The position numbers and the translations under genes are program-made. Below are positions 31,733 to 41,178 of a stretch of DNA of 64,000 bases, piece by piece. The DNA is from Myxococcales bacterium (lineage in GTDB: Bacteria > Myxococcota_A > UBA9042), in contig JBBISH010000003.1 of assembly GCA_037441385.1 (NCBI GenBank), positions 102,045 through 166,044 on the forward strand. Reading direction: 5' to 3'. The notes beneath the pieces were generated by a model. That model was not told the DNA's origin, did no database searches, and saw nothing but the letters and a program-made list of their open reading frames with translations. The stretch's first letter is position 1. The number at the start of each line of letters is the position of its first letter.

Positions 31733-34018
31733 TCACTTCACCGAGCACGTCGCGGCGTCGGCGCTGGCGAGCGGGCTCAGATAGCAGGGGCGAATGCAAG
31801 CCTCGCCGGTGGCGGTCCACATCTGACCGGCCTTGGGGTCCTTGGGATCCTTGAGGTACAGGCACGGATTGCCGGTCTGCAGGCACGGCTTGAACACCGG
31901 TTCGGTGCCGCCCATCTGGTCATTGGGCCAGTTGATCTTGCCCACGTACCACATGTCGACCGGGTTCATCGACTGGTCCTTGTACTCGACCTTGAGGTTG
32001 CCAAGCACGTAAATCCGCACGGTGGCATAGCTTTTGCCAAAGCCGTGGTCGTTCCAGTAGTGCACGCCCACCGAGTATTGGAACGGGTCGCTGACGGTGC
32101 CTTGGGGCACATCCAGGTTGATGTTTTCGGGTCCGGCGCCGTCCGTGTCGTCTAGGTCCAGGCGCGCGTCGTCGTCGGCGGTCGAGGCACTGCCCCACTT
32201 GGGCGTGGGATTGAACCAAAAACAGTCAAACGGCTGGTTGAACCACGGATCCGGCGCCCCGTCGCAGTCCAGATCTTGGCCCTGCGCCAGCGGGTGCGCA
32301 AAGTGCAGGTCCATGTCCGAGCCGACGCCCTGGCCTTGATCGGTCTCGTCGGGATCCGCGGGCGTCTTCCACAGCAGCTCGACGTGCAAGGCTTCGCTTG
32401 GAATCACGAGGACTTCGATACACACGGGATCGCCGCACGACTTCTTGGGCGGGCTTTGATTGTCGTACACATCCAGGCAGAACTGGTAGGTACCGGCCGC
32501 GTTGGCGGTAAACGTGGGATCGGGGAAATTGGCCCCTGGCACAAAGCTTTGCTTGCTGCCCTCGGGCTGCTTCGCCACGGTCCACACGTACTTCGACACC
32601 GTACCGCCGCCCGGAGCGTACGACGCCGAGCCCTTGAGGTGGAGCACCGTCTGCGGCACCACCTGCTCGCCCTCTTGGACAGAGGCCAGGGCCACCGGGC
32701 AGGTCTCGGCCACGCAGACGCCGGTCAGCTTGAGCGACACGGGCGAGGCATTGGACTCAAAGTCCAGACTGCCCAGGTCGGGCGCGTCGGCCAGCGCGGG
32801 CGGCACATACGTGACCTTGAAGTCCTTGGTATCGTTGACACCCAGCACCCAGGGCGCGGCGGTGGTCGGCTTGCCCAAAGCACCAAAATCCACGCTGTAG
32901 GCGTCGCGCGGCCCTGGGTTCAGCCCCACGTTGGTGACGGTGAGCTTCTCGGTGCCGCAATTGGCCACGGTGATCGTTTGGGGAACGGTGCTGCCGACCT
33001 TGACGGCGCCAAAGTTGACCACGGGCGACGGCGTGACTTGGATGCACGGCACCTTGGTGTTGGCCGTCACAAGCACGGGTAGACCACCGACGATTGTGAG
33101 ATCGTTGCTGAAAATCTTGATCTCGCCAGCCCGCTTCTTGTCGTCGACGGGCTTGAAGTGGACGACGCCGCCGAGCGTGCTGCCCGGAGCAATCGCGAGC
33201 GGCGGGTCGAACGGGGGCAAGGTCGTGCCGCCCTTGAGGTTTTTGCCCGAAATGTCGACAGAGAACGACGAGTCCAAATTGAGCTCGAACTTGCTGAGAT
33301 ACAGCGTACTCTCGCCGCCGTTGAGCACCGCGAAGGTGCCGGTAGCTTCGTTGCCGAGCTTGACATAGGGGAAGTCGACCTGCGGTGGCTGCACCTGGAT
33401 CTTGGGCTTGCCGGCGGTGGTGACGACCTGGAAGCATAGATTCTTCTTAGAGAACTCCTTGTCGCCGCCGAGCACCATGCAGACCTTGGCCGTGCGGACC
33501 TTGGTGTCGAACTGGGTGTAGCGGATCTTGAAGATCTCTTGGGCGAAAAGGCCGGCGGTGGGTTCGGCTCCCACGGGCGCGAGCTTCTTCCACGAGCCCT
33601 TCTTTTCGCCGCAGGGGATGGTGCCCGTGGCGTCCCAGCAAGAAAGCGCTTGGACTTCGCCCTCTTGTGGGTTGCTTGGGGTGTAGCTGAACTTGATGTC
33701 GTCGATGCGCAGGGCGGCGGCCGAGGTCAGGTTGGCGGTGTTGGTGATGCGAAATTCGGAGTCGCTGGTCTGGCCCAGGGCGATCGAGCCGATCTGCAAT
33801 TCGGTCTTGTCGCCCGCGGCGCCGGTCATCTGTTGACCGTTTTGTTGGCGGCGCACTTCGGCTTTGGCAAAGCAGTCCAAGCCGGTCTGCACGCCGTTTA
33901 GGCAGCTTTCTAGCCCGCCGCCCTCGCCCGAGGCACTGGCCGTCGCGGAGGGATCTGAGCTACAGGCGCCGGCCAAAATAGCCAGCGCGATCAGGACTAT
34001 CCACGGCATGATCCGCAT
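31733..34018 (-). CDS. lipoprotein with Ig-like (choice-of-anchor D/ASH) domains, PKD-like domain and YfaP/DUF2135-like C-terminus
   Basis: Lipobox AGAC; VDFPYV, VNFGAV..ITVANCG; VELLW..DMDLH..LDLDDTDGAGPENI. Confidence 0.8.
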   Translation of the reverse strand: MRIMPWIVLIALAILAGACSSDPSATASASGEGGGLESCLNGVQTGLDCFAKAEVRRQQNGQQMTGAAGDKTELQIGSIALGQTSDSEFRITNTANLTSAAALRIDDIKFSYTPSNPQEGEVQALSCWDATGTIPCGEKKGSWKKLAPVGAEPTAGLFAQEIFKIRYTQFDTKVRTAKVCMVLGGDKEFSKKNLCFQVVTTAGKPKIQVQPPQVDFPYVKLGNEATGTFAVLNGGESTLYLSKFELNLDSSFSVDISGKNLKGGTTLPPFDPPLAIAPGSTLGGVVHFKPVDDKKRAGEIKIFSNDLTIVGGLPVLVTANTKVPCIQVTPSPVVNFGAVKVGSTVPQTITVANCGTEKLTVTNVGLNPGPRDAYSVDFGALGKPTTAAPWVLGVNDTKDFKVTYVPPALADAPDLGSLDFESNASPVSLKLTGVCVAETCPVALASVQEGEQVVPQTVLHLKGSASYAPGGGTVSKYVWTVAKQPEGSKQSFVPGANFPDPTFTANAAGTYQFCLDVYDNQSPPKKSCGDPVCIEVLVIPSEALHVELLWKTPADPDETDQGQGVGSDMDLHFAHPLAQGQDLDCDGAPDPWFNQPFDCFWFNPTPKWGSASTADDDARLDLDDTDGAGPENINLDVPQGTVSDPFQYSVGVHYWNDHGFGKSYATVRIYVLGNLKVEYKDQSMNPVDMWYVGKINWPNDQMGGTEPVFKPCLQTGNPCLYLKDPKDPKAGQMWTATGEACIRPCYLSPLASADAATCSVK

Positions 34019-34207
34019 GCAATTCCCCATTGGCCGCCCTGCGCACCTGGCCGCTGCGACTGTGCAGCGACTCCTATGCGGTAGGGCGGCTCGCGCAACC
34101 GCGTTCATCGTGCGGGAACCCGCGAGGTTGCGCAAGTACTGGCGCGGAAGGTCCCGGGGCGCGGGCACGCTGCGGAGGCGCGCGACAGGACGGGCGACGC
34201 TTCGCCG

Positions 34208-35476
34208 CTACTTGAACAGGCTAAACAGCGTCGCGATTCCGACGTGAACCGAGACCACGCGCGCCCCCTGGGTTTCCCATAACTCCAACCCTGCACCACT
34301 CCAGCGGAATCCGTCGCCATCGCCGCTGACCCACAACCCGGCGCGCAGCTCGTCGGCCCAGGGGAGCGAGGGCGAACCCTTGGCCCGGCCGCTGCCGGTT
34401 GCCCAACTGGGCTCGAACCACAGCATGGTGTCGTACTTGCCCAGCGCAGCGTGGCCCTGGGCGCGCGCCGAGAGAAGCAAGGTGCCGGGTAGCACGCCTT
34501 CTGTCACGCCGGTGACGCTGGCGCCGCCCTGGACGGCCAAACCGTAGCGATCGTTGCCCAACTGGCCGCCCAAGAAGCCCGCAAGACCATAGGCAAACCC
34601 CAGGGGAAGCCCGGCGCCAAACTCGAGCCGCAGCGTGGCCAGCCAGCCTTGTTGCCGCGAGCTGCTGACCACGTGGACGCCCAAATGCCCGGCCAGCTTC
34701 TGTTCGCCGCCCGTGAAGTTGGCGCCCAGGTAGGCCGAGCCAAACCCCAGGCCCTTTTCCCCTTTGGGCGTCAAAAGATCCGGGTCGAACAAACTGCCCG
34801 GGGTCGCCGGCCATTCGCGCCCGCACACCGAGTCAGCCAGGGGCCGGACTTCGTCGCTCAAGTCTGGATGATTGGGACACAAATCGCCCTTGTCGACCTT
34901 GGCCTCGCGCAGCATCCACAGCGACGCCTCGACCAGATCGGGGGCCGCCACCGGGTCAAATTCATCGACCGCATCGGCCGGTGCGGGGCTGGGTGGCTCG
35001 GGCGGCGGCACGTACTCCGTCACCAGGCGCAGGGCCACCCAACTGGTCTTGCCTACGGTCCCCGCCGGGACGATCTTGGCGGCCCACCCCGCGCTGGCCT
35101 GCACCGTGCCGACGTCGATCACCCGCCCATCGCTGTAGCGTTGGCGGTGGCGGACGTTGGCCAAGTAGGCCACATGGATGGTGTCGCCGTCGTCGACCGC
35201 CGTCGCCGGCAACCGCGCCAAGGCAGCTACCGCAAGCTTGCGAATCTGGGCTGGATCCTGTTGGGGCAGCGGCCCGATGACGCCGGCCAGGACCCCGACT
35301 GGCACGCTTGGCGGCGGCGCAGGTTCGCTAGGCGCCGCGACCGGTGCGGGCTTGCTCCCCGGCGGACTGGGACGCGGACCGGCGTGGGCCAGACCCGCGG
35401 CCAACAACCCTGTCAGGGTCACGGCCAAGGCCACCCGGCCACCCGCCGTATACTGGCGCTTGCTGGCGATTCTCAT
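34208..35476 (-). CDS. secreted hypothetical protein, C-terminal beta-barrel-like
   Basis: Signal peptide ending AHA; amphipathic Gly/aromatic strands. Confidence 0.65.
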   Translation of the reverse strand: MRIASKRQYTAGGRVALAVTLTGLLAAGLAHAGPRPSPPGSKPAPVAAPSEPAPPPSVPVGVLAGVIGPLPQQDPAQIRKLAVAALARLPATAVDDGDTIHVAYLANVRHRQRYSDGRVIDVGTVQASAGWAAKIVPAGTVGKTSWVALRLVTEYVPPPEPPSPAPADAVDEFDPVAAPDLVEASLWMLREAKVDKGDLCPNHPDLSDEVRPLADSVCGREWPATPGSLFDPDLLTPKGEKGLGFGSAYLGANFTGGEQKLAGHLGVHVVSSSRQQGWLATLRLEFGAGLPLGFAYGLAGFLGGQLGNDRYGLAVQGGASVTGVTEGVLPGTLLLSARAQGHAALGKYDTMLWFEPSWATGSGRAKGSPSLPWADELRAGLWVSGDGDGFRWSGAGLELWETQGARVVSVHVGIATLFSLFK

Positions 35477-35756
35477 GCTACCTGCCTGGTTGGCGGAGGG
35501 GCGCCCCGCTGGAATCCTAGAACGTGTGACCGGCGCGGCGCAATCAGCGGTCCGCGGCCGCGCACACAATTTTTAAGAGAAGGCCCGCGCCAAGACCTAG
35601 CGAGATGGGCCGCAAAGTTGCTAGGCTGGCATAGAGCGGCCCACATCGGTCGCAACTGCTACGCTCCGGGGCAACAGCAATTCCCTGGAATCCCGGTACC
35701 TTCGCAGGCTGGACGCCACTACCCAGCCACCTACAGCAAAACATCTTGGAGGATTC

Positions 35757-36260
35757 ATGCGCCGTGTCGCTATCGCCCTGTTGACCCTGCTTGCTGCCGC
35801 GTGTACGTCTGAGGCAACCAACCAAACCGTTGCCGACAACACCTGTTCGGCCAAGCTGAAGTGGTCGGGTGGCGACGAAGGGAGCTCCCTGATGCACCCC
35901 GGCGGCGACTGTGTCGGCTGCCACAAGAGCCGCGGCGAAGGCCCTAGTTTCGTGGTGGCCGGCACGGTGTATGGCGATCTGGCCGACGCGAACGACTGCG
36001 AAGGCAAGTCGGCGATCACCATTCAGATTACCGGCGCGGACAGCAAGGTCACCACGCTGACCAGCAACGCGGCCGGTAACTTCTACCTGGAAAACAAGGA
36101 CGGCGCGGTCAAGTTCCCCTACACCGTGCAACTCCTGTACAACGGCAAGAAGTACGGCAAGATGGATACCAAGGCCTCGGACGGCTCGTGCAATACCTGC
36201 CACACCGCCGCCGGCAAGGCGGGTGGTCCGAACGGCCGCATCATTCCCATCGAGGAATAG
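35757..36260 (+). CDS. di-heme c-type cytochrome lipoprotein
   Basis: GGAGG RBS; lipobox AAAC; CVGCH and CNTCH. Confidence 0.85.
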   Translation: MRRVAIALLTLLAAACTSEATNQTVADNTCSAKLKWSGGDEGSSLMHPGGDCVGCHKSRGEGPSFVVAGTVYGDLADANDCEGKSAITIQITGADSKVTTLTSNAAGNFYLENKDGAVKFPYTVQLLYNGKKYGKMDTKASDGSCNTCHTAAGKAGGPNGRIIPIEE

Positions 36261-36400
36261 GGCAGAGCCCGACCCAGCCGGAGCGCGGAAGTGCCAGAAT
36301 ACTTGCCGCTGCGCCCCGGAAACCGCACCATGATGCACAGAGTCGCGGCTGGCAGCGCCCTCGCTCTGGGGCACGCTGGTACAGGCGGCGGGGGTGCGCC

Positions 36401-37570
36401 ATGAGGGTGCTGGTTCTCGCTCCACTTTTGCTCTTGGCAGCCTGTGGCGCAACGCCCAATTCCGGGGGCGGCAACTACGACTCGGGCGGTCCGGCGCCCG
36501 TCTTTGGCACCGACTCGGGCGGCCCCTCGCCACCCAACGACGTGGGCGCGGTCAAGCCCGACACGGCCTTGGACAGCCTGCTGAGCGACGCCCCGGCGCT
36601 GGTGGATGTGACCATCGTGGGCGACGACGGGGGCGATCTAGACGGCAATAGCGCGGACCTGGCCGACGATGGGGCCGACGCGGCGGAAGTGGACGCGGCC
36701 AAGGTCGACGCCAAAGCCGATGCCAAGGCCGACGCGGGGGATGCCAAGACCGACTCGACCCCCAATTGCGGCGACAAAAAGTGCGACGTGGCCACGGAGG
36801 ACTGCGCCAACTGCCCCAGCGATTGCGGCAAGTGCCCGCCCCTTTGCGGCGACGGCACCTGCGACAGTGGCGAGACTTGCGCGGACTGCCCCTCGGACTG
36901 CTGCACCCCCAAGTGCGGCAACGGCACCTGCGAGTCGCCCAGCGAGAGCTGCAGCAACTGCAACGCCGACTGCGGCAACTGCCCCACCGGGAGCTGCAAC
37001 ACCATCACCTCGCAAGGCTGCAAGGCGGCCGAACAGTGCTACCTGGGCACCGACCTGAAGCCAGTCTGTGGCGCGCCCGGCAGCGTGGCCGCAGGGCTGG
37101 CGTGCAACGCCGTGGCCGACTGCGTCAAGGGCTACATCTGTGTCTCGGGTCAGTGCAGCAAGGTTTGCGATACCAAGGACTTGACGCCAGGCTACAGCTG
37201 CCCCGGCGGCGGGGTCTGCGACGAACTGAGCGCCAACGGCGTACCCTTGCCCAACAACTTGGGCGTGTGCTTTGGTGGCCAGAGCTGCAACCTGGCCGAC
37301 AACAGCGGCTGCCCCGCCGGCCAAGGGTGCATCTTTGGCGCCAACACGAAGGGGTGCGTCATCAGCGGCCAGGGTGGCTCGGGCGCCACCTGCCAGGGCT
37401 ACGGCGATTGCCTGGCGACGCACATTTGCGTGAACGATGGCAAGACCTCGGCCTGTCGGCAAAAGTGCACCACCACCGGCACGCTCAAGTGCAGCAGCGG
37501 GCAGTGCATGGGCCTGACCACGGGCAACCCGCCCAAGACCGCCCCGGATTCGCTGGGCGGCTGCTTCTAG
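36401..37570 (+). CDS. Cys-rich lipoprotein
   Basis: Lipobox LAAC; Asp-rich linker; three CG(D/N)xxC..E.CxxCxxDC repeats. Confidence 0.8.
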   Translation: MRVLVLAPLLLLAACGATPNSGGGNYDSGGPAPVFGTDSGGPSPPNDVGAVKPDTALDSLLSDAPALVDVTIVGDDGGDLDGNSADLADDGADAAEVDAAKVDAKADAKADAGDAKTDSTPNCGDKKCDVATEDCANCPSDCGKCPPLCGDGTCDSGETCADCPSDCCTPKCGNGTCESPSESCSNCNADCGNCPTGSCNTITSQGCKAAEQCYLGTDLKPVCGAPGSVAAGLACNAVADCVKGYICVSGQCSKVCDTKDLTPGYSCPGGGVCDELSANGVPLPNNLGVCFGGQSCNLADNSGCPAGQGCIFGANTKGCVISGQGGSGATCQGYGDCLATHICVNDGKTSACRQKCTTTGTLKCSSGQCMGLTTGNPPKTAPDSLGGCF

Positions 37571-37740
37571 TACGCTAAATCTCAAGTTCTTTCGGGGTTG
37601 CCTTCGCTGGCGTACTAGGCGGCGCGAGCCGCACGCGGGGGTCGCAGGGGGCGGGGGTCCAAGAGTGCGCGACGCGCCCCCATTTACCTGCTGAAAAGGC
37701 TAGTACTACAAACCATTCGAAAGGCCCAACCTGAACGTAC

Positions 37741-37831
37741 TTCGGGCCCGAACCGGGATCCCCGCGTGATTCTCGCCAGTTGCAGAACGGGACAGAAAAG
37801 CCGTACAGGCGCGAATCAGGTGCGGTGCGTA
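37741..37831 (+). mobile_element. dispersed element copy 2 (5'-truncated or diverged)
   Basis: ttcgggcccgaaccggg...ggcgcgaatcaggtgcggtgcgta matches the 3' ~90 bp of copy 1. Confidence 0.75.
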
Positions 37832-37853
37832 GGCTTCAACAGAATCCCAGCAG

Positions 37854-40052
37854 CTAAGGGGAGCTGAAGAAGCGCATCGCCACGGCGCCCGCCAGACTGA
37901 GCACCAGCAACACGATGAGCCAAGCCAGACGACGGCGGCGGCGCGCATCGGACTCGCGCGTCAGCCAGGCCAGCTGGTCGGTGCGGTCGAGGACGTGCGG
38001 CTTGGGCAGGTCCGGCGCGCGGGTGAACAACAGGCCGATGCGCCGGCTGACGGGCATGCGCAAATTGACCGCCCAGCCATTGGCTTCGAGCAGCAAGCTC
38101 ATGTCGCGGCGACGCAATTTCAACCAGCCCAGCACCGCCGACAGTCCCGCCACCGCGGCAAAGATGCCGGCGATCCCCAGCCAGCCGCGCAAGGTGGACA
38201 GGGCGGCCAGGACGCTGGCCAGCAAGGCGCCCACGCCGGCCAAGGCCATGCCGCCGCCGATGATCAGCGAGTTGACGTTCAGCCCCTCTGACTTGGGCGC
38301 TTCCTTGGCGTCTTTGGCCTTGCCGTCTGCGGGTTTGGCCACCTCTTTGTCTTTGGCCTTGGCGGGGTCCTTGGCCGCTTCGGCGGCCTGCAGCGCCTGT
38401 TTTTCGGCTGCGGCGTGAGCCGCCTTCTCCTGCGAGTCGCGCTGCGCGCCAAGCCAAGACTCCAGACGCTGCGAGACCATCTGCCCAGCGCGGCGGAACG
38501 GCGCCAGCGCGGCCTCTTTGATCGAGATCGGGTGCTCGATCAGGTCGACCACCACCGCGTCGAACTGCTTGCCTTGGTTGTCGATGAACATGCCGCGCTT
38601 GCCGATGCGCAACCGCCCGCGTTCGCCGGCGGTCACGGGTGCAGCCAAGGTCAGCACGGGCGCCGTGCCTTCGCGCTCGTAGACCGCGGCGTAGACCAGG
38701 AACAGCAAGCTGAGGCTGGCCACCTCTTTGTGTGCCTTGGGGTCGCGCACCTTGACGCAGAAGTCCAGGCGGCGCCCGTCGATCACCAGCGAACCGATGT
38801 CGAGCAGGGCGGTGCGGCCACGGTCGTAGATCGACGAGAAATTCACGAAGTTGTTGACCAGCTCGACCACCCAACGATGGCACAGGACCAGCTTCTCCAG
38901 CTGCCCAAGCATCGCGATCGCGGCCGCCGCCGCTGCATCCCGCTCGGCCAGTTGGCGCAGTTCGTCAAGGCCTGGGTTGGCGAGCAGATCCGCCAGGGCG
39001 GGCGCACCCAGCGCGGCAAACTGCCCAGGGGGCTGGGCGGCCTGCCAGTCGGCCAGAGGCTGCAACAGCGCATCGACACGCTCGAAATCGGCACGCGACA
39101 CCCGGACGTGGCGCCCGCCCAGCAGCGGCTCGAGCGCCAGCGACTGCCACTTGGCCAACGCCGGCGCCCACACCGCGTTGATCGGTCCCTGCAGATCCAA
39201 GTCGGCACCTGGCAGAACGGCGGCGAGCGGCGCAGCGCTCAACTCGGCCTGCAAATCCACCCCTTGCGTCAATGCCTGCGCAAGGCGTTCTGGCAGGACA
39301 ACCGGCCGCGGCACCTCAAGACCGGCAGCGCGGTGGGCGTCGCACGCCAAGAACCAGGCCAGCAACTGCGGTTTCAGCGCTTGATGCGCCTGCAGGGCGC
39401 CCACTGGGTCGACGAGATCGGGAGTGAACTTAGCCAACACATTTGGCAATTGCCCATTCCAGTCCAACCAGGCCTTGCCGTCGGCGGCCAGACGGTCCAG
39501 CTCGGCCAGGCCGATGCCCGCGTGCCCGCTGACGTCGACGCGCGTCCCGACGCACGCCGCCACGGTCCGGACCAAGTCGGCGAGTTCCGGGGAGCTCACC
39601 AGTTCGGGCGGTACGATGCCATCGCCATTTTCCAGAGTCGCCACGTAGGCTTGGCGATAGGCGTGCACATCGGCAAGGGCAAGGGTTGGCTGACCGGCGC
39701 GGTCCAGGTGCTGGAGGACCCGTTCGGCCACCGCCAGCAACTGCAGGCCCAACTCGTCGCGCTGCAGGTCGGCCAGATGCAGGCTGTCGGTGCGATCCGC
39801 CAGCCGGTCCGGGTTCCGCAGACGTTCCAGCGTCCACTGTGCCAGGGACTGCACTTGCTCGACGCGCACGCGCCCCGTGCCGTCGCCGTCGGCGTGGCGC
39901 AAAAAGACCGGGTCGCACTGCAGATCGTCGGCGGGCGCCGACATGGCGGCCCAGCGCGCCGGGTCGATCGCCGCGACCCGCGCAAGGTCGGCGGCGCCCT
40001 CTACTGAAACCTGCCAAATTCCGCCATAATTGCGCACAATTGTCTGCTGCAC
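37854..40052 (-). CDS. hypothetical membrane protein with EF-hand-like loops and C-terminal TM helices
   Basis: Long ORF; DGDGTGRVRVE and NGDGIVPPE loops; about 3 hydrophobic segments; start uncertain. Confidence 0.75.
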   Translation of the reverse strand: MQQTIVRNYGGIWQVSVEGAADLARVAAIDPARWAAMSAPADDLQCDPVFLRHADGDGTGRVRVEQVQSLAQWTLERLRNPDRLADRTDSLHLADLQRDELGLQLLAVAERVLQHLDRAGQPTLALADVHAYRQAYVATLENGDGIVPPELVSSPELADLVRTVAACVGTRVDVSGHAGIGLAELDRLAADGKAWLDWNGQLPNVLAKFTPDLVDPVGALQAHQALKPQLLAWFLACDAHRAAGLEVPRPVVLPERLAQALTQGVDLQAELSAAPLAAVLPGADLDLQGPINAVWAPALAKWQSLALEPLLGGRHVRVSRADFERVDALLQPLADWQAAQPPGQFAALGAPALADLLANPGLDELRQLAERDAAAAAAIAMLGQLEKLVLCHRWVVELVNNFVNFSSIYDRGRTALLDIGSLVIDGRRLDFCVKVRDPKAHKEVASLSLLFLVYAAVYEREGTAPVLTLAAPVTAGERGRLRIGKRGMFIDNQGKQFDAVVVDLIEHPISIKEAALAPFRRAGQMVSQRLESWLGAQRDSQEKAAHAAAEKQALQAAEAAKDPAKAKDKEVAKPADGKAKDAKEAPKSEGLNVNSLIIGGGMALAGVGALLASVLAALSTLRGWLGIAGIFAAVAGLSAVLGWLKLRRRDMSLLLEANGWAVNLRMPVSRRIGLLFTRAPDLPKPHVLDRTDQLAWLTRESDARRRRRLAWLIVLLVLSLAGAVAMRFFSSP

Positions 40053-40203
40053 CGCGCTACCCGCACGACCACATGGTCGCAGACAGGGTAGGCCCAAATG
40101 GTCTGCGGGCAAAGGGGGTGGGCTTTTTTGCGCCGCCTAGATCGAAGCCGCGACCGGAGCGTCCCAAGAAAGAAGGAAGGTCTACCGGGTGCAGGAGGGA
40201 GTG

Positions 40204-40839
40204 ATGCGAGACACGACGGGAAGGCTTGGCACGGTGGCTGCGGCGGTCGCGGCGGCAATGACATTCGGTCTTTTGAATGCGCCGCCCCTGGACGCGGGCG
40301 ACGACGCTGCAGGAAAGCAAGAAAAGGCGCGCTTGGCGGCCGTGACGCCCGAGACCGTGCGGACCCAAGGTCGGCTGGTCAAGGACCCGCTCTCGCCGTC
40401 GGGCTGGTCGGCCGAGATCGAGGTCAACAACCCGGTCGGCGAAGAAGTGGGCTTGGACGTCGAGGTGCAAGTCGCCGAATCGCGGGGCGGTGGCATGTCG
40501 CGCATGCCCGCAATGCCGGTGGTGAAATTCCAGCAGAAGGCCCACCTGGAGCTGGTGGCCGGCGCGCAGGTCAAACAGCGCGTGGCGATTCCCAAAGGCA
40601 AGCTGAGCCAGCAAGGCGCCAAGGTGCTGCGCCCGGTGACGGTGCGCGTGTCGGTCGAGCGGTTGCGGCGCGCTGACGGCACGGTCGTTGCCGCCAAGGT
40701 GCGGCCAAACCGCCTGGGGCCGCCGATGATTTTGGGCGAGGACGACGAACTGGAAGCGGCGGCGCCGAATCCGCCAGCCCCCAACGCACCGCCCGCGGTG
40801 GCCGCCAAAACGCCAGCGGTCGCCGATCGCGCCGACTAG
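40204..40839 (+). CDS. secreted hypothetical protein
   Basis: GGAGG RBS, signal peptide. Confidence 0.65.
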   Translation: MRDTTGRLGTVAAAVAAAMTFGLLNAPPLDAGDDAAGKQEKARLAAVTPETVRTQGRLVKDPLSPSGWSAEIEVNNPVGEEVGLDVEVQVAESRGGGMSRMPAMPVVKFQQKAHLELVAGAQVKQRVAIPKGKLSQQGAKVLRPVTVRVSVERLRRADGTVVAAKVRPNRLGPPMILGEDDELEAAAPNPPAPNAPPAVAAKTPAVADRAD

Positions 40840-40888
40840 ACCTGCGCGACCACCCACCCAAGTAGACCTGCGCGACCACGCACCCAAG
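40837..40888. repeat. 26-bp tandem duplication
   Basis: tagacctgcgcgaccac(c/g)cacccaag x2. Confidence 0.9.
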
Positions 40889-40914
40889 AGTGCCGCGCAG
40901 CCACCGCTCGCGGC

Positions 40915-41057
40915 GGTGTGATCCGCACCCCACCTGATTCGCACCTGGACGGCTTCTGTGACCCGTTCTGCAACTGGCGAGAATCAGGCGGGGACCCAGG
41001 TTCGGGCCCGAAAAATTGCCCGAGGTTTTCGATCCCATTCGGACGGAACCGGTGTGA
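40915..41057 (-). mobile_element. dispersed element copy 3 (GGTGTGA direct repeats)
   Basis: Reverse-complement match to copy 1. Confidence 0.8.
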
Positions 41058-41178
41058 GCGGACCGCTCGCGGCTACCGATGGCCGCGCGGGAAGGCTGGG
41101 AAAATGGAGCGCTGAACCGCGCTTGCCAGCCCGCGGCCAACGGAGCAAGCTCGCCCGCAGACGTTCAAGGACTTTGCG

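Noticed and set aside
35480..35756. Possible riboswitch in a long divergent intergenic region
   Set aside because: No recognisable consensus by eye; an Rfam scan would be needed
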